Below, one piece after another: positions 1 through 12,659 of a DNA stretch of 64,000 bases; positions within the stretch are counted from its first letter, which is position 1, and each line of letters opens with the position of its first letter. Source of the DNA: Podarcis muralis. Its lineage: Eukaryota. A model generated the notes under the pieces. That model ran no database searches, had not been told where the DNA came from, and was given only the letters and a program-made list of their open reading frames with translations. Where the stretch lies: contig NC_135665.1 of assembly GCF_964188315.1 (NCBI RefSeq), positions 37,262,001 through 37,326,000 on the forward strand. Reading direction: 5' to 3'. The position numbers were made by a program, and so were the translations under genes.

Positions 1-626
1 TATTTTATTTTATTTTGCTGCCTCCAAAGCAGACAGAAAGTCATGCCTTTTGCACACATGCCTGCAGATGAAGGTGATTTTCTGCAAAAGACACACATTA
101 TAAAAGTTTCTTGTTTCCAATACAAAAGCTGTAAATTCTCTCCTTCTCCTGTTTGTAAAGACAGGTACTTCCTTTTCACTAGCCTCAAATTCCCATTTTT
201 ATTTTAAAGAACTATTGTTGTGTTCAAGTTTCTATGTCAGGCTGCAAAGGAATGTTTGATGGAATAGAGCAAGCGGGTCTGTGGTCAAAACAACTTTTTT
301 TTTTTTTTTTAGTAAGTTTGCAATCCCCTGGGGACCAAAGTAGAAACATATACAGGCTCATACTCCAGTACACTTTAAGAGAATGCTTTAAATCTCAGCA
401 CAGGATTGATTTCAGCTCATAATGTTTTAGTGGGGAGTAATGTTCTTTTAGAACAGAGGCTCTCTGTGTTTGTCACAGCAAGATGCCTCAAATCACAGAA
501 CAAATGGGATGAGACTTCTCAAGTGTAGCTAACTATGATGGCCAGTTCCAGAGGTCATCTGGGTTGGGCATTTGCTGAAGTCATGACCCATTTAAGAGCA
601 CCACTTCTTTGGAGTAGTGAAGTTCA

Positions 627-920
627 CATTTAAAGGTGAATCTTCCTAATTTTCAGAACAGTATTCAAACTGAGATGCTGCCACACTTCAAAATTCGTAC
701 CTCTCTGAATTTTGCAATGCAGTTCTTCAGCCAAGTAATGTGCATAAAAATGCATATACTGGGATAAAGTGTGCATAAAAATATATGTATTAGTAAAAAT
801 AGCATTAAAGTGAATTATATTGGGAGAAACGACTTTGCAAAAATTGGGCAAAATTGCATAAATGTGTGAATATTCAAAAACTGACATGGAAATATGGATG
901 TGAAGGAATTTGACATTAGT
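627..920 (+). mobile_element. Old AT-rich non-autonomous DNA-transposon-like repeat (partial copy)
   Basis: Shares blocks (tttaaaggtgaa, gcagttct..cag.caagtaatg, tgcatatact, ctttgcaaa, tgctggtgaattttcatgag-type segment) with 12166-12555 and the reverse complement of 22690-22960. Confidence 0.55.
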
Positions 921-1284
921 GTCCTGATTGTCTGGACCATACTTGTCTGGACTATCGAGTATTATATGGAAATGCATATCTTAAAGGTACTGTTTATGTG
1001 AACCTTACTTGTATGGACTGCTGAGTATTGTTTGAGCATGCATACCTTCTTGTTTGTTCTTTGGCGATATAGTGTTAACAATTCACGCTCTGAGATTCAA
1101 ATTGGAAAGTGGTAGAACTTCATTGTGAATGATGATTCTGTCATGTCTGTGGTCAAAGGGCTTCCTGCAGCCTGCTAGGCAGAGGTTGTTTGGCAGGGGC
1201 AGGAAGACAAAGTCTTTATCAGACAACCTTAGTCCATGGTGAGACTCAAAAGACACCAAAGGGCTTAGTTCCTCTGAGAGAGAA

Positions 1285-1500
1285 AGAACACAAGAAGAGC
1301 CTGCTAGTTCAGGCCAATGTCTCATCTAGTCCAGCATCCTGACCTTACTGTGGCCAACCAGGTGCCTGTGAGAGGCCCACAAAGCAGTACCTGAGCACAA
1401 TAGCTGTATCCCCTCTTGCTGTTTCCAGCAACTGGTATGCTGCCTCCAACCATACTGCCTCCAACCATTAAAAAAGGGCCCAGAATCCCTTGTAAAAGCA
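1285..1500 (-). mobile_element. CR1-type 3' end fragment / CR1-tailed repeat
   Basis: aagaagagcctgctagttcaggccaatgtctcatctagtccagcatcctg matches the recalled reverse complement of a common squamate CR1 3' terminus; a related piece lies on the + strand at about 46262-46330. Confidence 0.6.
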
Positions 1501-1581
1501 GAAAAGATATGTGACACGTCAGTTCAGGTGGGACCTGGGCAGGTTTGAGGTAGTCACTGCTACCAACATCACTCCCAAATA

Positions 1582-1807
1582 CAGTTGTACCTCGGGTTAA
1601 GAACTTAATTTGTTCTGGAGGTCCGTGCTTAACCTGAAACTGTTCTTAACCTGAGGTACCACTTTAGCTAATGGGGCCTCCCACTGCCACCGCGCTGCCG
1701 GAGCACAATTTCTGTTCTGATCCTGAAGCAAAATTCTTCACCCAAGGTACTATTTCTGGGTTAGTGGAGTCTGTAACCTGAAGTGTCTGTAACCCGAGGT
1801 ACTACTG
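1582..1807. mobile_element. Tc1/mariner-type MITE, family A
   Basis: TIR cagt(t)gtacctc...gaggtac(t)actg, flanked by TA on both sides; body shared with five other copies in the window. Confidence 0.9.
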
Positions 1808-4664
1808 TATGTGACCTACTGCAAACCTTAACTGGTGTTCTTGAGTACTGTGGTTTGTAGGTGCTGGGAATTGCAGCACAGTTTCCATGATTTCCTTGTA
1901 GAGATATATGCTTTAAATGTATGGCGTATACCCAAACCAGTGTGTAAACGAACTGACCAGGTTGGAGATAGTTAGCACTACCACCATCACCTCCAAATAG
2001 ATGGCCTTCTGCAAACCTTCCTTGAGCTGCTGTCCCCTTGAGTAAATCATTTTTTCATTCAGTGGCTAGCTTTTCATTCAACGAAGCTGTAGTGGTTAAC
2101 CAATTTGTTTTGCAGAGTCCAGATGTCTTCCCCAAAGGATTGTAGTTCTGTTGGGATGATATCACATATCCCCAATGCTGGATGTGCTTTTTTGTGTCTG
2201 GGAAAATGTTATTTCCCCTGCTAGCATATCCATTGCTATTAGTCCTGCTCTGAACAATTCAGTTGTGGTGCGGAAACTAAACCTACCCTTCATGGGGGAA
2301 ACAATGAGTGAATTTCTAATAGTTTTTTCCCCCATTTTGGAGGGCAGGGCTGCATTTACCTTACTTACTGTGTGAGGTTGGCCAAGGGGTCTTAAGAATT
2401 GTCATTGCAGTGTAAAAGCACTGCATATGCTGACAGCCACATACAGAGCTCTCTGCATGCCAACTTCCAGCTCGATAGCACCTACTAGAATGGGTGTGGG
2501 GTGTTAAGGACCACAAGCCTCTGGGGGTCAACTTCAGCTGGGGAAGGAGACGGGGGCAAATTCCCTCTGTGCTAGTGCAACAGTTAAACAGAGGCAATTT
2601 TAGGGCAGCAGCACCAGTTCGCCTGCAGTGAGCATGCAGCCAGGAAGGGCACCTTCTCAAAGCCCAGTGAGTGCTTGCCTGGTTTCAGGAATGGTACTGA
2701 CAGGGTCCTAGAGTTCTCCTTCCTTGTTCCAAAAGCTGGGCAAGCTCTTACCCGGATTTGGGAAGGCAGGGCAAGGGCTGGAGAGCGTGTCAAATTTTGG
2801 CCTCGCACAGGGCGCCATATCCACCCCTGAATTAAACTGAATCTGGTCCTCAGTATCCAATTTCGAAACCCAGGGCAGTTAACAAGATGGCAAAAAACCC
2901 CAAAGCCCCACAATAAAAATGCAGAATCAAACACTTCAAAAGCAACACATTATAAGGTACCCATAGGCAGCCCAATGGTCACCACAATGAGCAGCACAGT
3001 ACTGACGACCTCTTTAGGGTATGGGAGAGACCCCTACATGCCATCAGCATCCCCACCTGTCCTGCACACCACTGCAGGAGGGGAAGTCTTCTCGCCCAGC
3101 AGCCCATTGCTGCACACCAGCAATGGGGATAGATTTTTAAAGTAAAAAATGTGGGACCTGCAACAAAATGTTGCAGGGTGGCGTGCTGCTGCTTAGTCTT
3201 CCATTCAGTCAGCCATGCTCTCCTCCAGGATATTTCCTTCCCTTCCTCACCCACCTTCCCTTTCTCCTCTCCTCAAGAGTTAGCCGGCATTCTGTGGCCA
3301 GTGCTCAGCCAGGTAATTGGGCGCTTTCTCCTAGGTTGTTTGCCATCCTTCCCCCCCCCCCCACCTCTGCACACTGCAGCACTTGTTTCTAGAAAACATA
3401 GTTGGAAAATATGTTTCCCATAATTCTTCTGCGGTGTTCATTTTGTCATCTTTGAATTTATTCCCTTCATTTTCTTCAATGGCGATTCTCATATACGTAG
3501 AACAATAGCTTTTTGAAGTTTTTTCTGCCTTGTATACGGTAACTTTTTTCCCCCAAATGGTGTCCATTCTGCATCAATCTTCCCTTCACAGAGATTTTTC
3601 ATCAAAAAGCTTCTCAACTGGAGACATAGATACTCAACAGGGAGACTTTGCATCCATTAGGTCTGTTAAATCAGTTATGGTTAGATACTTTCAATTTTTT
3701 ATCACATCAGATATTATTGAAGTCTTGTGCTTAAGCCACACAAATACATTATTGCTCAACTGTAAATTATTATAATTCTATAAGGACTAAAGCTGTGAAA
3801 GACCAGGCAATAGTCTTACATTTATCCCCTTGTATTTATTTACGATCGTAATGCAGAGTCAATAATCAAATTTGAGGTTATTTTTACTGTTTAAAGACAA
3901 ATAAATAAATTGCAGGTGCTCCCCTTATCTTAGCATTTATTTATTTTTTTGCATTATCATCATCATCATCTTTATAGCATGCATCTTCATTTTTTTCAGT
4001 TGCCTCTGAGAGCGATAAAAGGAGGATTAGGAGCTTTGAATTCAAGTAAAAATACCATATCGGAAAATGCCATTGGAATAGCAGTAACCATTTCTAGTAA
4101 CCAGAAGAAATGCCTGCCCAGATCCACAAGATGAGCTAATAGAAAATGCCAGAAGCTCTGGTTGTGAGTGGCTATGCTTTGTTTCATTAAGCCACCACTA
4201 GACCCAGGGAGAATACTGATGCCTTTGGAAAATATTCCGTTCCATCAAAATGTTGGACTTTCTAAGCAAAAAAAGTAAAATGCCATGCCAGGGTAATTTT
4301 CTCATTACAAACCTCATTCAAGAACCATTGGAACTAATTAAGCTCTTTCATCACATATCAGCAGACTGCAAACCTAAAATTGCTCACATTCCACATGGCT
4401 TTGAACACAGCAATGTCTGTGAGAAGTAAGTCCTAGTGTAGCACTTGTGATCTTTGTTAGCCTGCATGTCCCCGTGTACATGACTAAGTGCCACCAGCAG
4501 TAAGCACTTGTACTTTTTTATTCACCAGGTACGGTGCTTTCAAGGAAGCAAATAAGACAAGCTGCAAGTCTGCTTGACACACAGTAATAAGCTTATCACC
4601 CCTGAGAATAGGGCACTTAGAGTGGGCATGTTCTTTTACAGCAGCCATCCCACCAAAACTAATA

Positions 4665-4890
4665 CAGTGGTACCTCAGGTTAAGTACTTAATTCGTTCCG
4701 GAGGTCCGTACTTAACCTGAAACTGTTCTTAACCTGAAGCACCACTTTAGCTAATGGGGCCTCCTGCTGCTGCCGCGCTGCTGGAGCCCGATTTCTGTTC
4801 TCATCCTGAAGCAAAGTTCTTAACCTGAAGCACTATTTCTGGGTTAGCGGAGTCTGTAACCTGAAGCATATGTAACCCAAGGTACCACTG
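4665..4890. mobile_element. Tc1/mariner-type MITE, family A
   Basis: ta|cagtggtacctc ... ggtaccactg|ta. Confidence 0.92.
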
Positions 4891-5032
4891 TAGAACCATT
4901 CTCTTGTGCTAGAGACCCTATAAGGTGCATTTGGCTGATAGATAGGATAGCATACATATTGATAGCTAGGATAGCCCACATATTGGTGAATGCCCATAGA
5001 TTGGGATTTTCCAGGTTCACTTTGACTGAGGT

Positions 5033-5214
5033 CACACCATACATTTAAAGCACTCTTATATCACTTTACGAGGAATGGCTTCCCTCAAAGAACCCTGGGA
5101 ACTGTAGTTTGCTAGAGGGTCTCCTAACAGCACTCAGCGTCCTTAACAAACTACTGTTCCCAAGATGCTTTGGGGGAAGCAAAGATTCTAAGAGTGCTTT
5201 AAATATATGGTGTT
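5033..5214. mobile_element. Palindromic MITE (cacaccatacatttaaagcac TIR family)
   Basis: About 22-bp TIR: cacaccatacatttaaagcactc / gagtgctttaaatatatggtgt. Related copies at about 16921-17535, 38252-38370 and 58197-58346. Confidence 0.75.
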
Positions 5215-6256
5215 GATCTATTCTCTTGTTCTGTAGATAGATTATGGGTTTTTTTAAAAAGAAATAGAATTGTCAGATATAAATTCAAATGAAACCCCCT
5301 TTCACTAATTAGCATGTGGCAAAATTTCAGGTCTCATTTATACCAACGCAAATGCATTAATGTCCTGCTCCACAAGCTCTGTCACCTGAACTTTTTGAAT
5401 TAAGTCATGCAATGGAGGTTTCCTGGAAACAGGAAATCTAAAGACAAATAGAGAAAATGGAAGGAAAATAGCTTTTTCCAAAGAAGTGGGTGGGTAAATG
5501 GGTGGTATAATGGCCGAAGACCAGGAAAAATACCTTGCTGAGCCCCAGAGCTCCTTTGTTTTGTAGGCACTAAGCATCTACTCCTGTTTAAAATGCCATT
5601 TATCTTCCCAAGGCACAATGTGCAGCCCAATCAATCTTATTAGAAAAGGCCATTTTAAATGTGTGTAATGAATTCACAGAGTGGTAATGGGCTAGCAAGG
5701 GCCAGGATGATGATGAATCTGTTGCTTCACTTTACATCCTGCTCAAAAGGAATTAGGTCCCCTAACAAAGCGATAGCTCCCTGGCGGAGAATAAGATCAC
5801 ACTCCCAGAGTCTGGGGCTTGGGTTGTTATTTCTTAAGTGCTGAGGGGTTTGTTCAATGTAAGCAGCACTGGATTTCTCATGCAGTTTCTTTATGAACTG
5901 CAGTCCAGTCAGGTCTCAAAACGGCACTAAGCTGATGGATATTGCTGCGCTTTGCAGAAGATTGAGACATTTGAAGAGACGGGATTTTGACTGAAAAAGA
6001 CAGCATTCTAGTCAATACCTGTCAGAAACTGAAGTGGCATATTAGTTTCAAACCTTTTTAAAAAACATATATAACTCTTTTAAGACCAAGCTTCCATTTT
6101 TTAAAAAAACAAACCATTAATTGTAATGCAAATGTAAACACGAGGTAAAACACATAACTTAAAGCAAGCACTGTTTTTTAAAAAACAGTGAAGGAATATA
6201 TATGACACAAACCAATTTTGAAAAGGTATCCTAGTCTATCTGTCCTCTTACCTACT

Positions 6257-6629
6257 TAAAGGTAAAGGTAAAGGACCCCTGACAGTTAAGTCCAGTCGCA
6301 GACGACTCTGGGGTTGCGGCGCTCATCTCGCTTTACAGGCTGAGGGAGCCGGCGTTTGTCTGCAGACAGTTTTTCCAGGTCATGTGGCCAGCATGACTAA
6401 GCCACTTCTGGCACAACCGGAGCAGTGCATGGAAACGCCATTTACCTTCCCGCCAGAACAGTACCAATTTATCTACTTGCACTTTTGGGCGTGCTTTTGA
6501 ACTCCTAGGTTGGCAGGAGCAGGGACCAAGCAACGGGAGCTTACCCCGCCATGGGGATTCGAACTGCTGACCTTCTGATCAGCAAGCCCAAGAGGCTCAG
6601 TGGTTTAGACCACAGCGCCACCCGCGTCC
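6257..6629 (-). mobile_element. Sauria SINE (Squam1), full length
   Basis: Reverse complement of tRNA-like head (A box tggcgctgtgg, B box ggttcgaatcc), typical body and (ACCTTT)n tail; imperfect TSD around cttaccta. Confidence 0.95.
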
Positions 6630-8057
6630 TATCCTACTTACCTATCTGTAAATATATAAAAATCCAGACTGGTGAATCCAAGCTTATTGTGCTGCCTGAA
6701 CATTATTCTTCCACAAAAGATAACCAAAGGCTAGATTCTGTACCGGCCAATCCTGGGATCACCAGTTCTCCCCCAACCTCCCTCCCACAGACCAATTTTT
6801 TTCTGTCACCCTGACCTATGTTCACCTCTACTGAAGGAGGGAGGTGCAGGAGACCAACCGCAGGCTAGGAAAGGTCCCCTCCCACAACTTTTGTTCTCTC
6901 CAAAATTCATTGTCACTCGTGGATTTTCAGTTGCCAGGTGATCATTTAGGTTCCAAGACCTGGATCTCCTGCCAGACATCTAGTGTCACTAGAATGTGCT
7001 TAGATAGAATGAGGCTTTCCATACAACATTCATTTGACCCAGCATACTTTTCAGTCAAGATGAGCATGTCCCATGTTTTCTTAAGACATGTGTAGGCCAT
7101 TTCCTCTTACTTCTCCTGCAGTTTAGCTGCTATACCAAGATGGGCATCCAGGCTGGTGAATCCTAGCTAACAATATAAGAACGCATTGTTTTCTGTACTG
7201 CCCTGTATTCATCACATGCAGCAATGTTTCTGTTGTGCTGCAGTTCATCTTCCATCAAAAACACATTATTTGTTTCATGGTCCACTGTTGTGAAATCATG
7301 TAAGTTACATAATTAATTACATAAATGGCATTGCTATTATGGTATACTACCTTTTTCATTTCAGCTCAACACAACATAAATTGAGGGGGTGTAGTCAATT
7401 ACGTATCGTTTGTAGTCTGGTATTCACTGTCCTTGCTTTCAATTGTATTTGCTGGATTGGTTTTCATTCTGGACATGGAAGGAATAAGCAGGCATTGGCA
7501 ACTTCTGCTCCTCTTTTCATTTTGGTTAGAATTCTCCAACATCCCTCCTCCTAGAGCACTAATTACCATTGCTCTGACACTGTAAGCTACAACTAAAATT
7601 GCAGTTGACTTTCCATACTTGCAGAAACATATTGCCCCCTTTCTGTATGTTCATTCTGCTCTATTCCATCCAAATCAGAGGGTGTGACAAAGCTGTTTTG
7701 GCTGGGGTACGACCAATTCACCTGAGTTGCCACAGTACACACTTTCCTGTATACACACATTCACTATAACCTTTGTGGTTGATGCTATTGTATCAACCCA
7801 TGCATTAGTAATTCCTTCTCACAAAACATTCTGAAGCCATTAACAGTACAAAAAGTCAAAACAGCAGCATCATATATAGAACAATTTCAAATTCAGTAAA
7901 GTTAGAGGCTGGGATACAAAAACTCGACTTTAAACATTTGCTGAGAAAGGAAGCTCTACAATAGAGACAATAGAAATACTGTCTGCCTGGGTATTTAATG
8001 GGAGGTAATTTCAAATGATAGGTGCCATCATCCCAAAGGCCCAATTCCTATGTGCCA

Positions 8058-8102
8058 CAGACCTCCCCGTGGGCCATCCAGATGGGTAGGGTATAAATAA
8101 TA

Positions 8103-8159
<57 letters not shown>

Positions 8160-8163
8160 TAAT
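8058..8163 (+). repeat. LINE (L2-type) 3' terminus followed by (AAT)n microsatellite (8094-8163)
   Basis: ccatccagatgggtagggtataaataataaa then about 20 AAT units; the same terminus precedes (ATT)n at about 26955-27058. Confidence 0.75.
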
Positions 8164-9810
8164 CTGCAGGAGACCCTCTCCTGCAGGGTGATCGGTTGAG
8201 TATATGAGGGGTGAGGTGATATTTTAGGCAGTGCTAAAATGCTGTTTTGGCTTATTTCATTTCATTTTAAAAGTTAAAGTATGAGTGAAATGTCATTTAA
8301 GTACAAGAGTGTTACAGGGCTGCAACAGCATCGTGCTGTAATGCTAATTTGATTGGACAAAGGAAAATCCTTTAGCATCAAGATGGTTTCAAAAGGATTC
8401 GATGTCTGACGCTTTGTGGAATTTCACCTGCCCTGCCCCAACCCACCGCCCTGATTCTAACACTTTTCATATGTGTTCTCAGATCATGTAAAAATAACCG
8501 TCCACTCTTGGGATCTCAGTGCGTAGGGTTGTGTTTCTTTAAGCTCACTGTTGTAAAGCCTGCCGTTTGATGGCTTGCCCTTTTCTTTTCGCTGCTACCC
8601 ATCTTGACCTTCGGCACCTTTTATATGGGCAGAACAATGGGTGGAGCGGCAGTCACTGCTTTAGGAGGCGGCCAGCCAGGGCAATAAGCTGAGACTCAAG
8701 GTAACAATCAAACTCGAGGTCCCTTTGTGACTTCCCCTTTCATATGTCAGTGAACTTGATTCTGCCATGGTATGAATGGCGGAGCTGTGCTATTTCAGGA
8801 ATGTCAGCAATTTGGTCATAAAGCAACTTTGATCCTGCTCCAAGTTTCCATGCTCATTCATTAACTGAAAATGTGGAGGTTAAGATAGGGCTCTGTCTTA
8901 TCTAAGGCTGAGTGACGGCTACTTAAACAAATTGCCAACTTTTCTCTCTCTTCTTGTACTTCTGATAATAAAGGAAAAGGGGACAAAAATGATTCACAGA
9001 TGTTGTTGAGGATAGACATGAGCCCAGGAAGACGAACTGCTTTCGGTTTTTGAAATGGAACGAGAGGATCTATAATGTAAATAATGCCATTGCTTTGTTT
9101 TCCATTTTGCAAAAGTCTCTCCACTCCAAGGAAGGGTGGTCTTCCTTAGTCATCTGCCATTTAGTTCCACAGCATGGAGGGTGGAGGGTATTAAAATTAC
9201 ATTCTTGAATAGTTTCTTGTGCATAGTGTGGCTGTTTAATTGTGGTTGGCCTAGTATTTCCACCTGTGCATTCACAGTGTACTATGAGCGATGTACTTTC
9301 CAGAGCGGTAGCCACGTTAGCCTGTTGCAGCAAAGAAACAATACAAAGAGTCCAGAATGATGAATTACATTATAGCACAAGCTTCTGAAGGCTAGAACCA
9401 ACTTCCTCAGGAGCATGAAGTCAAGAACTTTACATCACCTCAGGGAAGCTGGGGCTGCAGTCTGTCTTCCTGTTGTGATGCTGCAATGTTGCTTTGAGTT
9501 CCCTCCTCCTCCTCTCCATTCCTACAGTACTTTACCTTTAAACTGATTAGTGAGGTGCAACATTGAATAGGACTTGTGCACATAAAATCTAGCACATGCT
9601 GACCACTTTTCAAGATATTTCCCCCTTGCATAAATTATACTTATCTTCTGTTATTTCTTCTGCCTAGCTGCTTTCAAATGTAACTTGTACCTTATCTCCC
9701 CTCAAAACTGCAAGTTTCTTTCATCCCTTCACCCTGCTCCTGTAACGCTGACTCCATCCTCCTATAACAGTTTCTCTCTCTTATCCCTCTTCTGTTTTAG
9801 TCTCAGATTA

Positions 9811-10052
9811 CAGTGGTACCTCAGGTTACATACGCTTCAGGTTACATACACTTCAGGTTACAGACTCCGCTAACCCAGAAATATTACCTCATGTTAAGAA
9901 CTTTACCTCAGGATGAGAACAGAAATCGTGCTCCGGCGGCACAGCGGCAGCAGGAGGCCCCATTAGCCAAAGTGGTGCTTCAGGTTAAGAACAGTTTCAG
10001 GTTAAGAAAAGACCTCCGGAACAAATTAAGTACTTAACCCGAGGTACCACTG
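9811..10052. mobile_element. Tc1/mariner-type MITE, family A (opposite orientation to 4665 copy)
   Basis: ta|cagtggtacctc ... gaggtaccactg|ta; extra internal cttcaggttaca repeat unit. Confidence 0.92.
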
Positions 10053-10295
10053 TATTTATCCTCTTCCTCCTCTTAAAAATATTAACCTTTCCTATTTCTT
10101 TCTCATTTCCTCTGGCCCTTTTCACATTCCACTGTTTTCTTCTTCTGACCAGCGGCCTTTATTCAGCAGTCAAGGACTTGCTAGTGCTAGCACTGATCTG
10201 ACCAAAATGTTATGGTGCAGCCTTGAGATGGGGCAGGCAAGTGAGGAGGCACTGGGCGGGGTGTGGCACTGAGGCTCACCTGAAAATGGATGGAG

Positions 10296-10433
10296 CAGCC
10301 TTTCTCAACCTGTGGGTCCCCAGATGTTGTTGAACTACAACTCCCATCACCCTTAGCTAGCAAGGCCAGAGCTCAAGGATGATGGGAGTTGTAGTCCAAC
10401 AACATCTGGGGACCCACAGGTTGAGAAAGGCTG
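10296..10433. mobile_element. Palindromic hAT-type MITE with anomalous inverted flanks
   Basis: 54-bp arms cagcctttctcaacctgtgggtccccagatgttgttg(a/g)actacaactcccatca with one mismatch; sibling at 21709-21846 has an 8-bp TSD. Confidence 0.9.
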
Positions 10434-12165
10434 CTCCATCCATTTTGAGAACTGCTGGCGATGGAGAAACACCACCTGAGCACAACAGTTCAGATAATCA
10501 AACCAAGACACATTGTGTCACTGAAAGTAGCAAACAAAGGGTGGAAACAAGTTAAGAAGTCATTTCAACACAGGTTAAAAAATTGCTCAAAGCCTCAGAA
10601 AACAAGGGAATCTTTTTCCTGTAATTCCACACTTTTGGTTTTACTGATGATTTTGAGGCCCTGCAAATTATTTTATTATCAAATTATATAAAAACAATGG
10701 TTAAAACTCCTAATCTTAATACAATTTACTTTGGAGCGGAAACAGGAGTTGGACAAAACTGAGTTTAATTCACTTCTTAATCTTATAAAAATGTTTCCAT
10801 TACAGCAGTGGATCCAAAAATCTGTTTAGAAACATTTTTCAAAACATTGTTTAGGATTAGTAGTAAAAGCATTTTAGTTCTGAAGAGATAAGCTCTAAAA
10901 CAAGACCAAAAACAAAAAACGGATATCCTATTTTTTCCCCCCTTTGTCTTTTTTCCTTCAGTAGTTGGCAGAAGTTCTCCAGCATTCAGCTGTGTGACAC
11001 AGTCTTGGCAGGGCTCACTGATTACTCCATACAAACTTAACTTGGAGCAAAATCTTTCATTGAGATAAGCATATTTTTGAGTGGGTTTTTATGGCTTTGT
11101 TTAACTGTTTCTACTGACTAGGGGGAAAAGAAGTAGGCCATGGTTTTAGATCACATTTTTGGCAGATTTCTTTCGAACTTGTAGGGTTTTTTTCATGTAA
11201 CATGCTACCAACAATATATTGGAATGTATGCTATATGTGTTTTTTTAATGTATTTTAAATTGCTTTTGGATGCCTTAATAGTAACAATAGCAACAATTCA
11301 CCTTCCACTCATGCTCCAAGGCAATTTATACAAAAACATATGATTAAAAACTGTAAAAACAATAAAAACAACAACCAAAAAAACAGAAGATGAGGTTTGA
11401 AGCCATTCAAAATGGACACCCAAGGCAGAGACCAATTCATCTGGCTGGGAAAATTTGTCAGAACACACATGTCATCATAGAGCATGGAAAGAGGAATGAA
11501 GCCAAGGTTCCTAGAGCTCACTATATCTCAGCTTCCTCCACACTGACACCCATGCTTTCATGCAAAGAGACCCCTTGAACACTTCTATGACGATTTCCTA
11601 ATTTACTCTCAAAAGACTATTCAAGCTGCCTCTCTCTTTTTTTCTTTTTCTTTTTTTAAAATGTATTTGAAATGAAAACTAACTAAACTAGAAGCTGGCT
11701 GCTCTTTCAGGAGGTCAATTACCCAGGGCAAAGCAAAATAACATTTAAAACATTTAGATTTACTCAGGAAATGAGAGCATAAATGCAGGCATAGATGAAA
11801 ATAATGGAAACATAGAACAGTGTTCTAAAACCAGAATGCTGACCTACTTGAAGATGTTAGCGCAAGTCACTTCAAAAGACACAGAAGCGCAGATAAAATT
11901 ACTGTACAATATTTCTGAAGGAAAGGGGAAACTATGCATGTTCCAGTTTTTGTTGAAAGGAAAGTGGTTTTGAAAAAGGAAAGGGAAACTAAACTCTTGG
12001 CTATATATAGACTGCTCAAAGTTACCAGGCTCTGATCGTTTTTAATGTGACTACCGTGGTGTGTAAGCTCGTTCTTTAATTAGAACATCTTTTCTTTTCA
12101 TCAAAACCACATGGATTTACTTGTGAATGTCACACACACAAACACTAAAGCTCCAAGACATTGAG

Positions 12166-12555
12166 TAGGGATGGAGGAGAATTTTGAATCAGTTTCCATT
12201 TAAAGGTGAACTTACCTCATTTACAATTTCTGAAACAAGATGCAAACCGAAAAATAACTCTCATTTGAAATGTGCCCTTCTTGGAATGCAGTTCTCCAGG
12301 CAAGTAATGCAAAAAATTGCATATACTAGTTAAAGTACACATATAAATGTATATATTAGTGAAAATATACCTTAAAAAGGCATTTTGTTAGGTGAAACTG
12401 CTTTGCAAACATTTTTGGTAGAAAGTGGGGGAGTTTGCACTAAAATGCTGGTGAATTTTCATGAGGACTGATATGGAAATGTGGAGAATTGAACTTAAGA
12501 TTGGATAAAATGAGAAACTAAGAGAAACTGAAACTGACACATTTGTCTATCCTTA
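12166..12555 (+). mobile_element. Old AT-rich non-autonomous DNA-transposon-like repeat (near complete)
   Basis: Begins tagggatgg and ends gtctatccttac (degenerate TIR); homologous to 627-920 and 22690-22960. Confidence 0.6.
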
Positions 12556-12606
12556 CCCTTGAACCGGGCAAACTGTAAAAAGCAAAGAACAAAGTTCTAT
12601 AGGAAA

Positions 12607-12656
<50 letters not shown>
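12607..12656. repeat. Compound microsatellite (GT)n(GA)n
   Basis: Seen directly. Confidence 0.98.

Positions 12657-12659
<3 letters not shown>

Noticed and set aside
8164-8186. 10-bp hairpin ctgcaggaga-ccc-tctcctgcag
   Set aside because: Too short and isolated to support a structural RNA or element terminus.
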